A stretch of DNA of 19,384 nt from Candidatus Micrarchaeia archaeon (GCA_049970015.1 JBMFNT010000005.1:18585-37968), one strand, 5' to 3'. Counted from the stretch's first letter, positions 1-7,709 are shown. Numbers and translations: made by a program. Notes: generated from the letters alone by a model not told the origin.

Positions 1-53
1 CTGCTAAAATCCAAAACAAATTTGCATCCATTGCATGCTTCATCCAATTCCAT
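1..53 (-). CDS. Possible 5' fragment of the next gene (MELDEACNGCKFVLDFS...), running off the left edge of the window
   Basis: On the minus strand the ATG overlaps the argS stop (TAATG). The frame stays open for 17 codons to the window edge and contains a CxxC. It is too short to identify. Confidence 0.3.
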   Translation of the reverse strand, partial: MELDEACNGCKFVLDFS

Positions 54-1990
54 TACATGCTTGCTACTATTGGAATCCCAAGCAAAGAAAGGCATTCTCT
101 CATTATGTCAAGAAACTTCTTAACAAGCCTCTTCCTGCTCTCACATATGACCTTCTCAGTCCCAATTACTCTGCACTTGGAATAAAATGCATTGAAATCT
201 GAACACAACTGGGTTGCATAATCTGCAATCATATGAGGTGAGTAGAGGTTTGTTGCCTTGTCAATAATCTCGCTGAACTTTGCAAGCGTTCTCATAAGCT
301 GTCGCTCGCTTTCATCAGCATACTTCAGTGCACCATTCCAGCCTTCATCAACTCCTTCCTTCTCAAGAATATGAAGGGCACGTGCATAAGAATATTGAAG
401 GTATGGGCCGCTGTCACCCTCAAAATTCATTGCCTTCTCCCAATCAAAAATAAGCTCTTTCTCAGGGCTTATCCTTATGAATGAATACCTGATTGCTCCA
501 ATACCTACATCCCTAGCTATATTTTTCCTCTCATCTTCGCTATATTCCCTAAACCTATCAGTTACAAGCGCATATGCTTTAGAAACACTTTCATCAGCAA
601 GCTCATCAGCAGAGTAGCCTATCCAAGTACCTTTCCTTCCTGAAAACCTACCTTCCTTCAACCGCACATGACCGTAAGAAATATGGATATAGTTAAGTGC
701 CTGCTCATTATACCCTGCCATTTCCAGTATGGTCCGTATCACTTTCTGCGGGTATTCCTGCTCAACCCCTATTATGTTCACAACCATGTCTGCTTTACCA
801 TATTTTCCGCCTTTACCACTATCAGAGCAAGTTGTGTAAAGCATCTTCCCATTACCACTACCTTTACAACTGCCTGAATAACTTGTGTAAAGCATCTTCC
901 CATTACCACTACCTTTACAACTGCCTGAATAACTTGTGTAAAGCATCTTCCCATTACCCTGCATACCATACTCCTTAAACTGTATGCTGCCATCCAACAG
1001 TCCAAACTTCCACATTGCAAATGCAGTGTCCTTGGCCGTGTACGTGGCAACACCATTGGCACGTACAAAAACCTTATCAGCATCCTCAAGCCCCTTAAAA
1101 TCTGGATGTTGTGATAATTCAACAATCTTACAACCAGCATACTTGCCAGCACCAGCAATCAAAATCCTCTTTTCCTCCAGTAATTTCAGGCATTTTTCAA
1201 GAAGCCTGGCATGAACTATATCACTCTCCCATACCAGTACATCATGATATATTCCATACGTCTGCAGTGTTTTACTCTGTGCATTTACGCAGGATGTGCA
1301 CATCTCTCTTTCTTTTTTACACGTAACATCATCGCCTTCCTCAAGCTTTCTCATAATTTCTTCAACTTCCTTCCTAACACTTGCATCTTCCTCATAATAT
1401 CTAGCTACACGGACATACTCTTCACCGATTAGATGGTCAAACTTTTTGTCCTGCGGTGTGTGAATGCCTTTGATGTACATCCACAAGCTCTGTGCAACCT
1501 GCAACCCAAGGTTATCTATATAATTCATCCTTATTACATCATAGCCAGAATACTCAAGCAAGTTTGATATGCAGTCACCCATTATTGCATTTCGCAAATG
1601 ACCGGTATGTAATGGCTTGTTTGGGTTCACACTTGGGTATTCCACAATTACACACCTTCCTTTTCTTTCTGGCCTCTCAAGAGCACTTAACACAAACTCT
1701 GTGTAAAACTTGTCAGATAGTGTAAAATTAAGGTAGCCATTTGAGCTTGATACAGTGTAATACTTCCCATCATTTAGCAGTTCTGCAATCTGGCCGGCAA
1801 TATCCTGTGGCCTTTTCCCAACATCCTTGCTTATCCTGAAAGCAATCCTGCATTCTATATCAACCCCTGGGACACCGCCATCCTGCACAAGATTAAGTAT
1901 ATCTTTATAGTCTAGGTTGAGCGAGTATAACCTATTTACTGCATCTGAACATCTCTTGGCAATGTCCATTTTGATTGAAAGAATATCCAT
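53..1990 (-). CDS. argS: Arginine--tRNA ligase (class I aaRS)
   Basis: HIGH-type motif VEYPSVNPNKPLHTGHLRNA, KMSKS-equivalent RFSGRKG, and the ArgRS anticodon-binding domain signatures FEGDSGPYLQYSYARA and FNAFYSKCRV. Confidence 0.96.
   Translation of the reverse strand: MDILSIKMDIAKRCSDAVNRLYSLNLDYKDILNLVQDGGVPGVDIECRIAFRISKDVGKRPQDIAGQIAELLNDGKYYTVSSSNGYLNFTLSDKFYTEFVLSALERPERKGRCVIVEYPSVNPNKPLHTGHLRNAIMGDCISNLLEYSGYDVIRMNYIDNLGLQVAQSLWMYIKGIHTPQDKKFDHLIGEEYVRVARYYEEDASVRKEVEEIMRKLEEGDDVTCKKEREMCTSCVNAQSKTLQTYGIYHDVLVWESDIVHARLLEKCLKLLEEKRILIAGAGKYAGCKIVELSQHPDFKGLEDADKVFVRANGVATYTAKDTAFAMWKFGLLDGSIQFKEYGMQGNGKMLYTSYSGSCKGSGNGKMLYTSYSGSCKGSGNGKMLYTTCSDSGKGGKYGKADMVVNIIGVEQEYPQKVIRTILEMAGYNEQALNYIHISYGHVRLKEGRFSGRKGTWIGYSADELADESVSKAYALVTDRFREYSEDERKNIARDVGIGAIRYSFIRISPEKELIFDWEKAMNFEGDSGPYLQYSYARALHILEKEGVDEGWNGALKYADESERQLMRTLAKFSEIIDKATNLYSPHMIADYATQLCSDFNAFYSKCRVIGTEKVICESRKRLVKKFLDIMRECLSLLGIPIVASM
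810..958. repeat. In-frame 51-bp tandem repeat inside argS (2.5 identical copies at 832-958 plus a diverged partial copy at 810-831)
   Basis: TTGTGTAAAGCATCTTCCCATTACC starts at 832, 883 and 934, giving a period of 51. It encodes (GNGKMLYTSYSGSCKGS)x2 followed by GNGKMLYTTCSDSGKG. Confidence 0.95.
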
Positions 1991-2019
1991 AATCTAACAC
2001 CATCTTACACACATACTAT

Positions 2020-2649
2020 TCATTTCAGCACATTTCCCGTCTTCATATACCAAAGGTAAAGGTCAAGCTTACCAACAGGCATATGCAAACGCTGTGCAAT
2101 CTCCCTAAGAACATGCTCAATCGCAATATATCTCTTCTTGTTAACAGTTTTAAAATCACCTATTAAATCATATTTTCTCAGTATATATAGGATGTGTTTG
2201 TCAAGGATGGCCAGGTCACCATAACCGACATTCCTAAGGAAATGGCTTGCCTCCTTATACCCAATACCTTTTATATTCTGAGCAAGCCATTCACGCGCCT
2301 TGAATTGATTATTCATGCCCATGATTGTTTTCTTAAGAGCACCATTGATCCATCTTGCACCGACAATGTATTCGGCCCTCTTGTTATAAAACCTATACCC
2401 GGAACTTTTCAAGCCATCCGCAAGCTCCTTCAAAGAAAGGCCTGAAAACCCATCATATCCCAACAGTTTCTGTGCACGAATCCCCATCTCAGCAGATGCA
2501 TTTGCCGTAAGTATGCAGAAGCACAGCTCTGAAAACCATTCGTCCTCTCCCGCATCCCGCATATTTTCAAACCCATGATATGTTTTGTCTACTTCATCCC
2601 CTATCTTATCTTTCAGCTCTTTAACTGTATTGACAATAACATTCATCAA
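2020..2649 (-). CDS. ogg: 8-oxoguanine DNA glycosylase/AP lyase (Ogg2 family N-glycosylase/DNA lyase)
   Basis: Motifs FSELCFCILTANASA and YRFYNKRAEYIV, helix-hairpin-helix IKGIGYKEASHFLRNVG, catalytic Asp in LAILDKHI, and the C-terminal LDLYLWYMKTGNVLK. The start is TTG 2649 or ATG 2646. Confidence 0.93.
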   Translation of the reverse strand: MMNVIVNTVKELKDKIGDEVDKTYHGFENMRDAGEDEWFSELCFCILTANASAEMGIRAQKLLGYDGFSGLSLKELADGLKSSGYRFYNKRAEYIVGARWINGALKKTIMGMNNQFKAREWLAQNIKGIGYKEASHFLRNVGYGDLAILDKHILYILRKYDLIGDFKTVNKKRYIAIEHVLREIAQRLHMPVGKLDLYLWYMKTGNVLK

Positions 2650-2728
2650 ATCACTTCTTGCATGTTTTTGTAACTATAGCTACAATCCTATTTTTCGAAT
2701 TGTGCATCCCAAGCATGCAAATCACTTC
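2650..2728. mobile_element. MITE-like 63-bp element (2658-2720) with imperfect 10-bp terminal inverted repeats and 8-bp flanking direct repeats
   Basis: ATCACTTC (2650-2657), then TTGCATGTTT...AAGCATGCAA, then ATCACTTC (2721-2728). There is an internal 18-bp near-palindrome at 2668-2685. Confidence 0.45.
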
Positions 2729-4485
2729 TTACGCATGAGCCTCATCAGCTCCTCTGCATCAACATTTAACCTGTACATCTCAAGTATCTTCCTCTCATCA
2801 CCAATCTCGCTTATAAGTTTCTTAAGTGCATCACCTGAAATCCTTCTAAGATTGTTATCATCAATTATTGCATCTATGCTGGCAGAGGGGGATTTGCACA
2901 TATGCCTTAAAACCTCTTCAACCGCTTTCTTAGTTATAGCACCATCTCTATGCTTCTCAAGCACTGCTATGATTAAGTCATCATTTAAAACATCTATGTC
3001 AAGCCCATCCCGTGATATGCTCTTAAGAACATTCGTGAAGACAACACCTGCAAGCTTTGGGTCAATCCCCTTGTTTACTGCATTGTAATATGAGGAAAGA
3101 AACCTTGATTTTATGAGTTGGGAGGCAATATCTTTGTTTGTCTGCCTCTCAAGCTCTGAAATTACTTCTGAAACATTTCTCACTGGATATTTATTTACGC
3201 ACGAATCAATAAACTCTTTTGTTATCATTATGGGCTCAACATCCGTCTCTGGGTACATGCGCGCGCCAGTTGCCATGGGACGCATATACTCAGTTGCACC
3301 ATCACTCAATGCCCTCCTCGTCTCAGAAGGTACTTTACAAAGATATGCACGGTTTATTATGTGTTCAAATGCAATCCTCATTTTTTCAGTATCATTGCCT
3401 ATAAGTATTGCATATGAATCATTGCTTTTCAGCCCGATAATTGCCTCAACCGTTCCCTTATCAACCTTATACTTTGCAAAGTCTTCATCACCATGTATCA
3501 TCCCACCAAACCCAAACGATCTTGCGTAATCACTCAGTTCAGTACCAAACCTTCTACCGGAATACAACTCTGCACCCAGCAGACCTTTCAGCCCGGGCAG
3601 TACTATGCACATTGCACGCGCACCTCCACCTATGCTCTTCTGTATCCAACCAGTACCGCCCGTAAATGCGTTAGTTACATCAATCATGTTTACTTTGCCG
3701 GGCTTAAGCGAAGGGTTGATCATCTTATTTATCTCGATCAGCCTCCTCTGTCTCATAACCTCATTCTCAATTATTATGGGTATGTCATCAAGCTCCTGAA
3801 CACCTTTTATCTCAACACGCGCACCACCATCAATGGATATGTTAATGTCCTGGCGTATTGTACCTATACCACGGGCAGCCTTGCCAGTAAGTCGAAGCAT
3901 TGTGCCCAATTGCTCTGCAACCTCCCGTGCATGTTCACCATCCACAATGTCTGGCCCTGTTGCAATCTCTATCAATGGTATGCCCAACCTGTCAAGGCCA
4001 AACCTGGCAGAGCCCTTTCCTTCTATTATACCTGCACTCTCCTCTTCAATACATAATGTTTGTATACTTATGTTTCCCTTGCGGGTATCAACCCACCCAT
4101 CAAGGCCCACTACTGCAGTCCTCTGAAAACCAGATGTATTGCTGCCATCAATGACTATCTTGCGCATCACAAAAACCTGGTCAACAATGTTCATGTGCAA
4201 GTGCTTGGCAACCGATACTGCTATGCTCAATGCATCTAAATTGATATTGTGCGGTGGCTCCTCATCACACTCTACAAGGCATGAATTATCATAAACCACA
4301 TACTCAAAAACTTTCTCCTTCAGCTCCTCTTTTTGCGCCGCTATATCCTTCTCGCCAAGCTCGCTTTTTACAGTGTGTAGTTTTCTATATAAGGTACCAC
4401 AGGGCTGTCTTTTACCTTGTGAACTGCACCTACAAAACAGCTTTTCCGTGTCAAGACGCTGGTGTATCTCCAACCCAATCTTCAT
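2722..4485 (-). CDS. gatE: Glutamyl-tRNA(Gln) amidotransferase subunit E
   Basis: Motifs MKIGLEIHQRLDTEKLFCRC, MRKIVIDGSNTSGFQRT, LDRLGIPLIEIAT, RGIGTIRQDINISI, the GatE-specific insert RRFGTELSDYA and ARMYPETDV. Confidence 0.96.
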   Translation of the reverse strand: MKIGLEIHQRLDTEKLFCRCSSQGKRQPCGTLYRKLHTVKSELGEKDIAAQKEELKEKVFEYVVYDNSCLVECDEEPPHNINLDALSIAVSVAKHLHMNIVDQVFVMRKIVIDGSNTSGFQRTAVVGLDGWVDTRKGNISIQTLCIEEESAGIIEGKGSARFGLDRLGIPLIEIATGPDIVDGEHAREVAEQLGTMLRLTGKAARGIGTIRQDINISIDGGARVEIKGVQELDDIPIIIENEVMRQRRLIEINKMINPSLKPGKVNMIDVTNAFTGGTGWIQKSIGGGARAMCIVLPGLKGLLGAELYSGRRFGTELSDYARSFGFGGMIHGDEDFAKYKVDKGTVEAIIGLKSNDSYAILIGNDTEKMRIAFEHIINRAYLCKVPSETRRALSDGATEYMRPMATGARMYPETDVEPIMITKEFIDSCVNKYPVRNVSEVISELERQTNKDIASQLIKSRFLSSYYNAVNKGIDPKLAGVVFTNVLKSISRDGLDIDVLNDDLIIAVLEKHRDGAITKKAVEEVLRHMCKSPSASIDAIIDDNNLRRISGDALKKLISEIGDERKILEMYRLNVDAEELMRLMRKK

Positions 4486-4501
4486 GAACTATTCTCTGCT
4501 T

Positions 4502-4521
4502 GTTAAATTTTAAACTTTAAC
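4502..4521. promoter_or_regulatory. Probable shared bidirectional TATA region for the divergent gatE and atpD genes
   Basis: GTTAAA-TTTTAAAC-TTTAAC lies in a 53-bp intergenic gap. The AT-rich core is about 22-25 nt from both ATGs, and neither gene has an SD motif. Confidence 0.5.
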
Positions 4522-4538
4522 CCGCATTAATTATCCGT

Positions 4539-5147
4539 ATGAGCGAGCAAGTTATACCAACAAGAATGGAGCTTATGAAGGTAAAAGATAGGAAAAAACT
4601 TGCATCACGTGGCCATAAACTACTCAAGCAAAAGCGTGATGCACTAATAATGGAATTCTTCAATATATATAAGAAGGCAAGCAATCTCAGGGAAAAACTG
4701 AATGAGGAGATGTTTGCAGCATACCATAAAATGGCGCTTGTTGAGTTGAGGCATGGGCCACTCATACTAAATGTTGCTGCTGAAGGTATGGACGAACCGT
4801 ATGTTGTGGAAGTCAAGGAAAGGAATGTTATGGGAGTGAAGATACCTGAGGTGAAGAAAGAGAAACGGCCAGAGAAAGCATACAGTACGCTCGCAACCGA
4901 TTATAGCATAGATGAGACAGTCCAAGCGTTCCAAAAAGCGCTTGCCATGGTGCTTGAGCTTGCGGAGACGGAGAATGCACTCAAAAGGATAATACGTGAG
5001 ATTGAAAAGACTAAAAGAAGGGTTAACGCGCTGGAATATATTGTAATGCCCAGGCTTGAGGAACAGGGAAAGCATATTACGCTAAGGCTGGAAGAGATGG
5101 AGAGAGAAAGTTTTTTTGTGTTGAAAATGCTTAAATCAAAACATTAA
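4539..5147 (+). CDS. atpD: A/V-type ATP synthase subunit D
   Basis: Motifs PTRMELMKVK, GHKLLKQKRDAL, RNVMGVKIP, EIEKTKRRVNALEYIVMPRL and LEEMERESFFVLK. Confidence 0.96.
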   Translation: MSEQVIPTRMELMKVKDRKKLASRGHKLLKQKRDALIMEFFNIYKKASNLREKLNEEMFAAYHKMALVELRHGPLILNVAAEGMDEPYVVEVKERNVMGVKIPEVKKEKRPEKAYSTLATDYSIDETVQAFQKALAMVLELAETENALKRIIREIEKTKRRVNALEYIVMPRLEEQGKHITLRLEEMERESFFVLKMLKSKH

Positions 5148-5148
5148 A

Positions 5149-6165
5149 TTATACTGCACGCTTGAAGCATTCTGCTGACCATTCAGGATATGTTTTATTA
5201 TCTATGAGTGCGCAGTCCTCTTTCTTTGTCTTCCCTGTTATTATGCTGTCAGCAAAACATCCCCATTTATACTCTGCATCCGTTACCTCCTGGCATATCC
5301 ATGGCTTATAATTGATCTGGGCAACGCGGGTTTTACAGAACGAAATATCAGTTCTCTGCTGTCTTGATGATGAACCCAGGCGCATCTTATCACAAATGCT
5401 TGCATTCACTGTTTTTACTGCAACCGTTGTTAAACAATCCCTGTGTGTATTATAAGAACCTATAAGAAGGCAGTTTGAGTAATCACCGCTTGCCTCTGCC
5501 ACACCGTAATAGCAGTTATCACGGTATGATGCAGTTGTAAGCTCTTTACATATGTTCCCATCCACACCCGTATACTTGGAAAACCCTTTTATACATTCCT
5601 TCTGGGATGCCTCATATAACTCAAGCTCATAACAGTTTGAGTATTCGCCAGTGGCAACTGCAATGCATGTGCTGTTATCTATTTTCCCCAACAAAGTGCA
5701 TGGCTCGGTATTGCCAGTTTTGTATGCAAACCGTGTTATGCAATCCGCGTTCGTGCCACAGTATGTGTAATCCTTCATTGCCATCGCCTTGCAAAAACTT
5801 TCGTCACCAGAACCCTCACATTCCATTAGTTTCACTTTTCTGGTGCATTGCGCATTCCTGTCAGGGTCAAGAACATAGCTGCAATTCATACTGTTGTAAT
5901 AGCAATCATCACGGAGTGAGATATTCTTTATGTCCCAGCATATCCCACGCTCATTAAGGCATTCATCAACCTCCTGGCGGGTTGTACCGTTGCACGGGCC
6001 TGCTATTATCAGTGTAACCGTCTCGTTTGCTGTCTTGTTCATTGTTTCATTCTGCGCTGTCTCATTGAGCTTGGCCTCCGGCCCGCGCTCTACAGGCTGC
6101 TGTATGCAACCTAAAACGGTAATAAACAGAAGAAATACAAGCAATGCCTCAAGCCTCCACTCCAT
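5149..6165 (-). CDS. Hypothetical secreted lipoprotein with Cys-rich repeats
   Basis: Hydrophobic N-terminus ending in a lipobox-like VLG-C. 24 further Cys occur in repeats of the form C-x(7-14)-C-x(~11)-C, and there are 10 N-x-S/T sequons. Confidence 0.8.
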   Translation of the reverse strand: MEWRLEALLVFLLFITVLGCIQQPVERGPEAKLNETAQNETMNKTANETVTLIIAGPCNGTTRQEVDECLNERGICWDIKNISLRDDCYYNSMNCSYVLDPDRNAQCTRKVKLMECEGSGDESFCKAMAMKDYTYCGTNADCITRFAYKTGNTEPCTLLGKIDNSTCIAVATGEYSNCYELELYEASQKECIKGFSKYTGVDGNICKELTTASYRDNCYYGVAEASGDYSNCLLIGSYNTHRDCLTTVAVKTVNASICDKMRLGSSSRQQRTDISFCKTRVAQINYKPWICQEVTDAEYKWGCFADSIITGKTKKEDCALIDNKTYPEWSAECFKRAV

Positions 6166-6183
6166 AATAATAAGTCTGCACGC

Positions 6184-6200
6184 AAATTTAAAATTATAAT
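6184..6200. promoter_or_regulatory. AT-rich TATA-like region between the divergent Cys-rich gene and the tRNA
   Basis: AAATTTAAAATTATAAT lies about 20-35 nt from the ATG at 6165 (minus strand) and about 32-48 nt upstream of the mature tRNA 5' end at 6232. Confidence 0.45.
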
Positions 6201-6231
6201 GTTTTTCTTTTCTTAACTATGCTGATTCAGA

Positions 6232-6395
6232 GCTCCTGTAGTCTAGTCCGGTCAAGGATGCCAGACTCTCAAAACCAATTGGTAGTAAAAATCATCTTAA
6301 ACGATGGATCTAAACCTACAATTGGAGAACTCTGGAGACCCGGGTTCAAAACAATGGTGTAAAAAACCCACACCGTGAAAATCCCGGCAGGAGCT
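6232..6395 (+). tRNA. tRNA-Glu(CTC) with two introns: 6272-6329 (58 nt, position 37/38) and 6351-6381 (31 nt, position 59/60)
   Basis: Acceptor stem GCTCCTG/CAGGAGC, D arm GTCT-AGTCCGGTCAA-GGAT, anticodon stem CCAGA/TCTGG with loop CT-CTC-A^C, and T arm CCGGG-TTCAAA^T-CCCGG. Both junctions form bulge-helix-bulge motifs. The spliced length is 75 nt and CCA is not encoded. Confidence 0.93.
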
Positions 6396-6460
6396 CTCGT
6401 TTCACTCGTGCCCTGCCTGCAAACTTCGTTTTTTATTATCTATTACTCGAAGTGAGAGTT

Positions 6461-6478
6461 CAATAAAGTTTAAATATA
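6461..6478 (+). promoter_or_regulatory. Putative archaeal BRE/TATA promoter of the GGDEF gene
   Basis: CAATAAAG followed by TTTAAATA (6469-6476), about 20-30 nt upstream of ATG 6495/6501. A T-run at 6429-6434 could end the tRNA transcript. Confidence 0.5.
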
Positions 6479-6494
6479 TGATACTACTAAAAGG

Positions 6495-7709
6495 ATGAGT
6501 ATGAAGAGTGAAAAAAAAGAAAAAGTGAACATAAAAAACCAAATAGCAATAAGTGAAGGCCATCCTTTGAGGAATATATTTGGGAGGATGTTGTTAGAAG
6601 AAAGTGTGAGTAAAAAACTGAGCAACTCGCTATACGAATTGATTGCAAAGAGTACGTTTGCTGAAGAAAACATAGATGAGATAATTCTACTGGCATTTAA
6701 AAATGTGCACGGAATGGAGCGCATCAGTATTTACTTATACGATTCAATAGTAAAAACTATTAATCCATACATGTTATACAAGTTATCTGAAGAAAAGCTT
6801 ATCCACGAACATATTGCCTCATCCCCGGTTTATACCAAATCACTAAACCTGGACTCTGATACTCCGCTTGGGGTATATTGGTGCAAAGAAGACGGATTAA
6901 CCTATAAGTTTAATCTCATACCAGGCGATTTTAATGTAGATAAAATTAAGCTTAATGAACGAGATATACCGTACGGGGGTCCATGCGGTATTGTACTCCC
7001 ATTGCTATTCCAAAAAAAGCTTATCGGTTTGCTTGAAGGGACTGGTGATAAATTAAGATTTGATGGGGATAAGAGTAAGGAACCGTTCAACCTCATGCTT
7101 TACATGGCAAGCATTGCGAGAATAGTTGCAACACACATAGAGCTGGATACCGATCCGCTTACAGGCCTGAAAACAAGAAGACATTTTGACATAACACTCC
7201 ATAAGTACATAAATAGAAATATTAGAAATGGAAGTACTTTTTCGTTGATATACATTGATGGTGACCACTTCAAGAAAATAAATGATGAGTATGGCCACAG
7301 CGCGGGTGATACAGTACTGAGATTTATAGCAAGACAGATTTTTCTTTCAACGCGTGAAGGTGAGTGTGATGCATTCAGGATTGGAGGGGAAGAGTTTGCA
7401 ATCATTGTTAATGTTGGTCTGGATGCTGCACAAGAGATCTCAAAACGGATCTCTGAGAATATAAAGAAGAAAATACAAGTGAAAAATAACAAAGGAGAGG
7501 TGCAGGATATAATGCCCACGGTTAGCATAGGTATAACTGAATTCAACCCAAAAAACATAAATGAAAGTAAGAGCTACCATGACATTGCAGAGGCATTGAA
7601 AAAGCAGGCAGACATTGCACTCTACAATGCAAAGAATGAGTATGGAAGGGATTGTATTGTTGTAAGAACAAAAGAGAATGGAAAAATTGTGTTTTTAAAG
7701 ATTGAATAG
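6495..7709 (+). CDS. Sensor diguanylate cyclase (GAF-like N-terminal domain plus GGDEF domain)
   Basis: Motifs DPLTGLKTRRHF, SLIYIDGDHFKKINDEYGHSAGDTVL, FRIGGEEF (GGEEF at 7383-7397), TVSIGI and ADIALYNAK...GRDC. A GAF-like strand pair GIVLPLLFQKKLIGLLE lies upstream. No transmembrane segment is visible. Confidence 0.92.
   Translation: MSMKSEKKEKVNIKNQIAISEGHPLRNIFGRMLLEESVSKKLSNSLYELIAKSTFAEENIDEIILLAFKNVHGMERISIYLYDSIVKTINPYMLYKLSEEKLIHEHIASSPVYTKSLNLDSDTPLGVYWCKEDGLTYKFNLIPGDFNVDKIKLNERDIPYGGPCGIVLPLLFQKKLIGLLEGTGDKLRFDGDKSKEPFNLMLYMASIARIVATHIELDTDPLTGLKTRRHFDITLHKYINRNIRNGSTFSLIYIDGDHFKKINDEYGHSAGDTVLRFIARQIFLSTREGECDAFRIGGEEFAIIVNVGLDAAQEISKRISENIKKKIQVKNNKGEVQDIMPTVSIGITEFNPKNINESKSYHDIAEALKKQADIALYNAKNEYGRDCIVVRTKENGKIVFLKIE

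Noticed and set aside
832..958. Mini CRISPR array (25-bp repeat three times with 26-bp spacers)
   Set aside because: The two spacers are identical, the period is a multiple of three inside argS, and there are no cas genes. It is a coding tandem duplication.
6282..6319. Third, nested intron inside tRNA intron 1
   Set aside because: The GTAG/CTAC and CATC/GATG stems exist, but the segments between them (7 and 9 nt) do not form a 4-bp helix with two 3-nt bulges.
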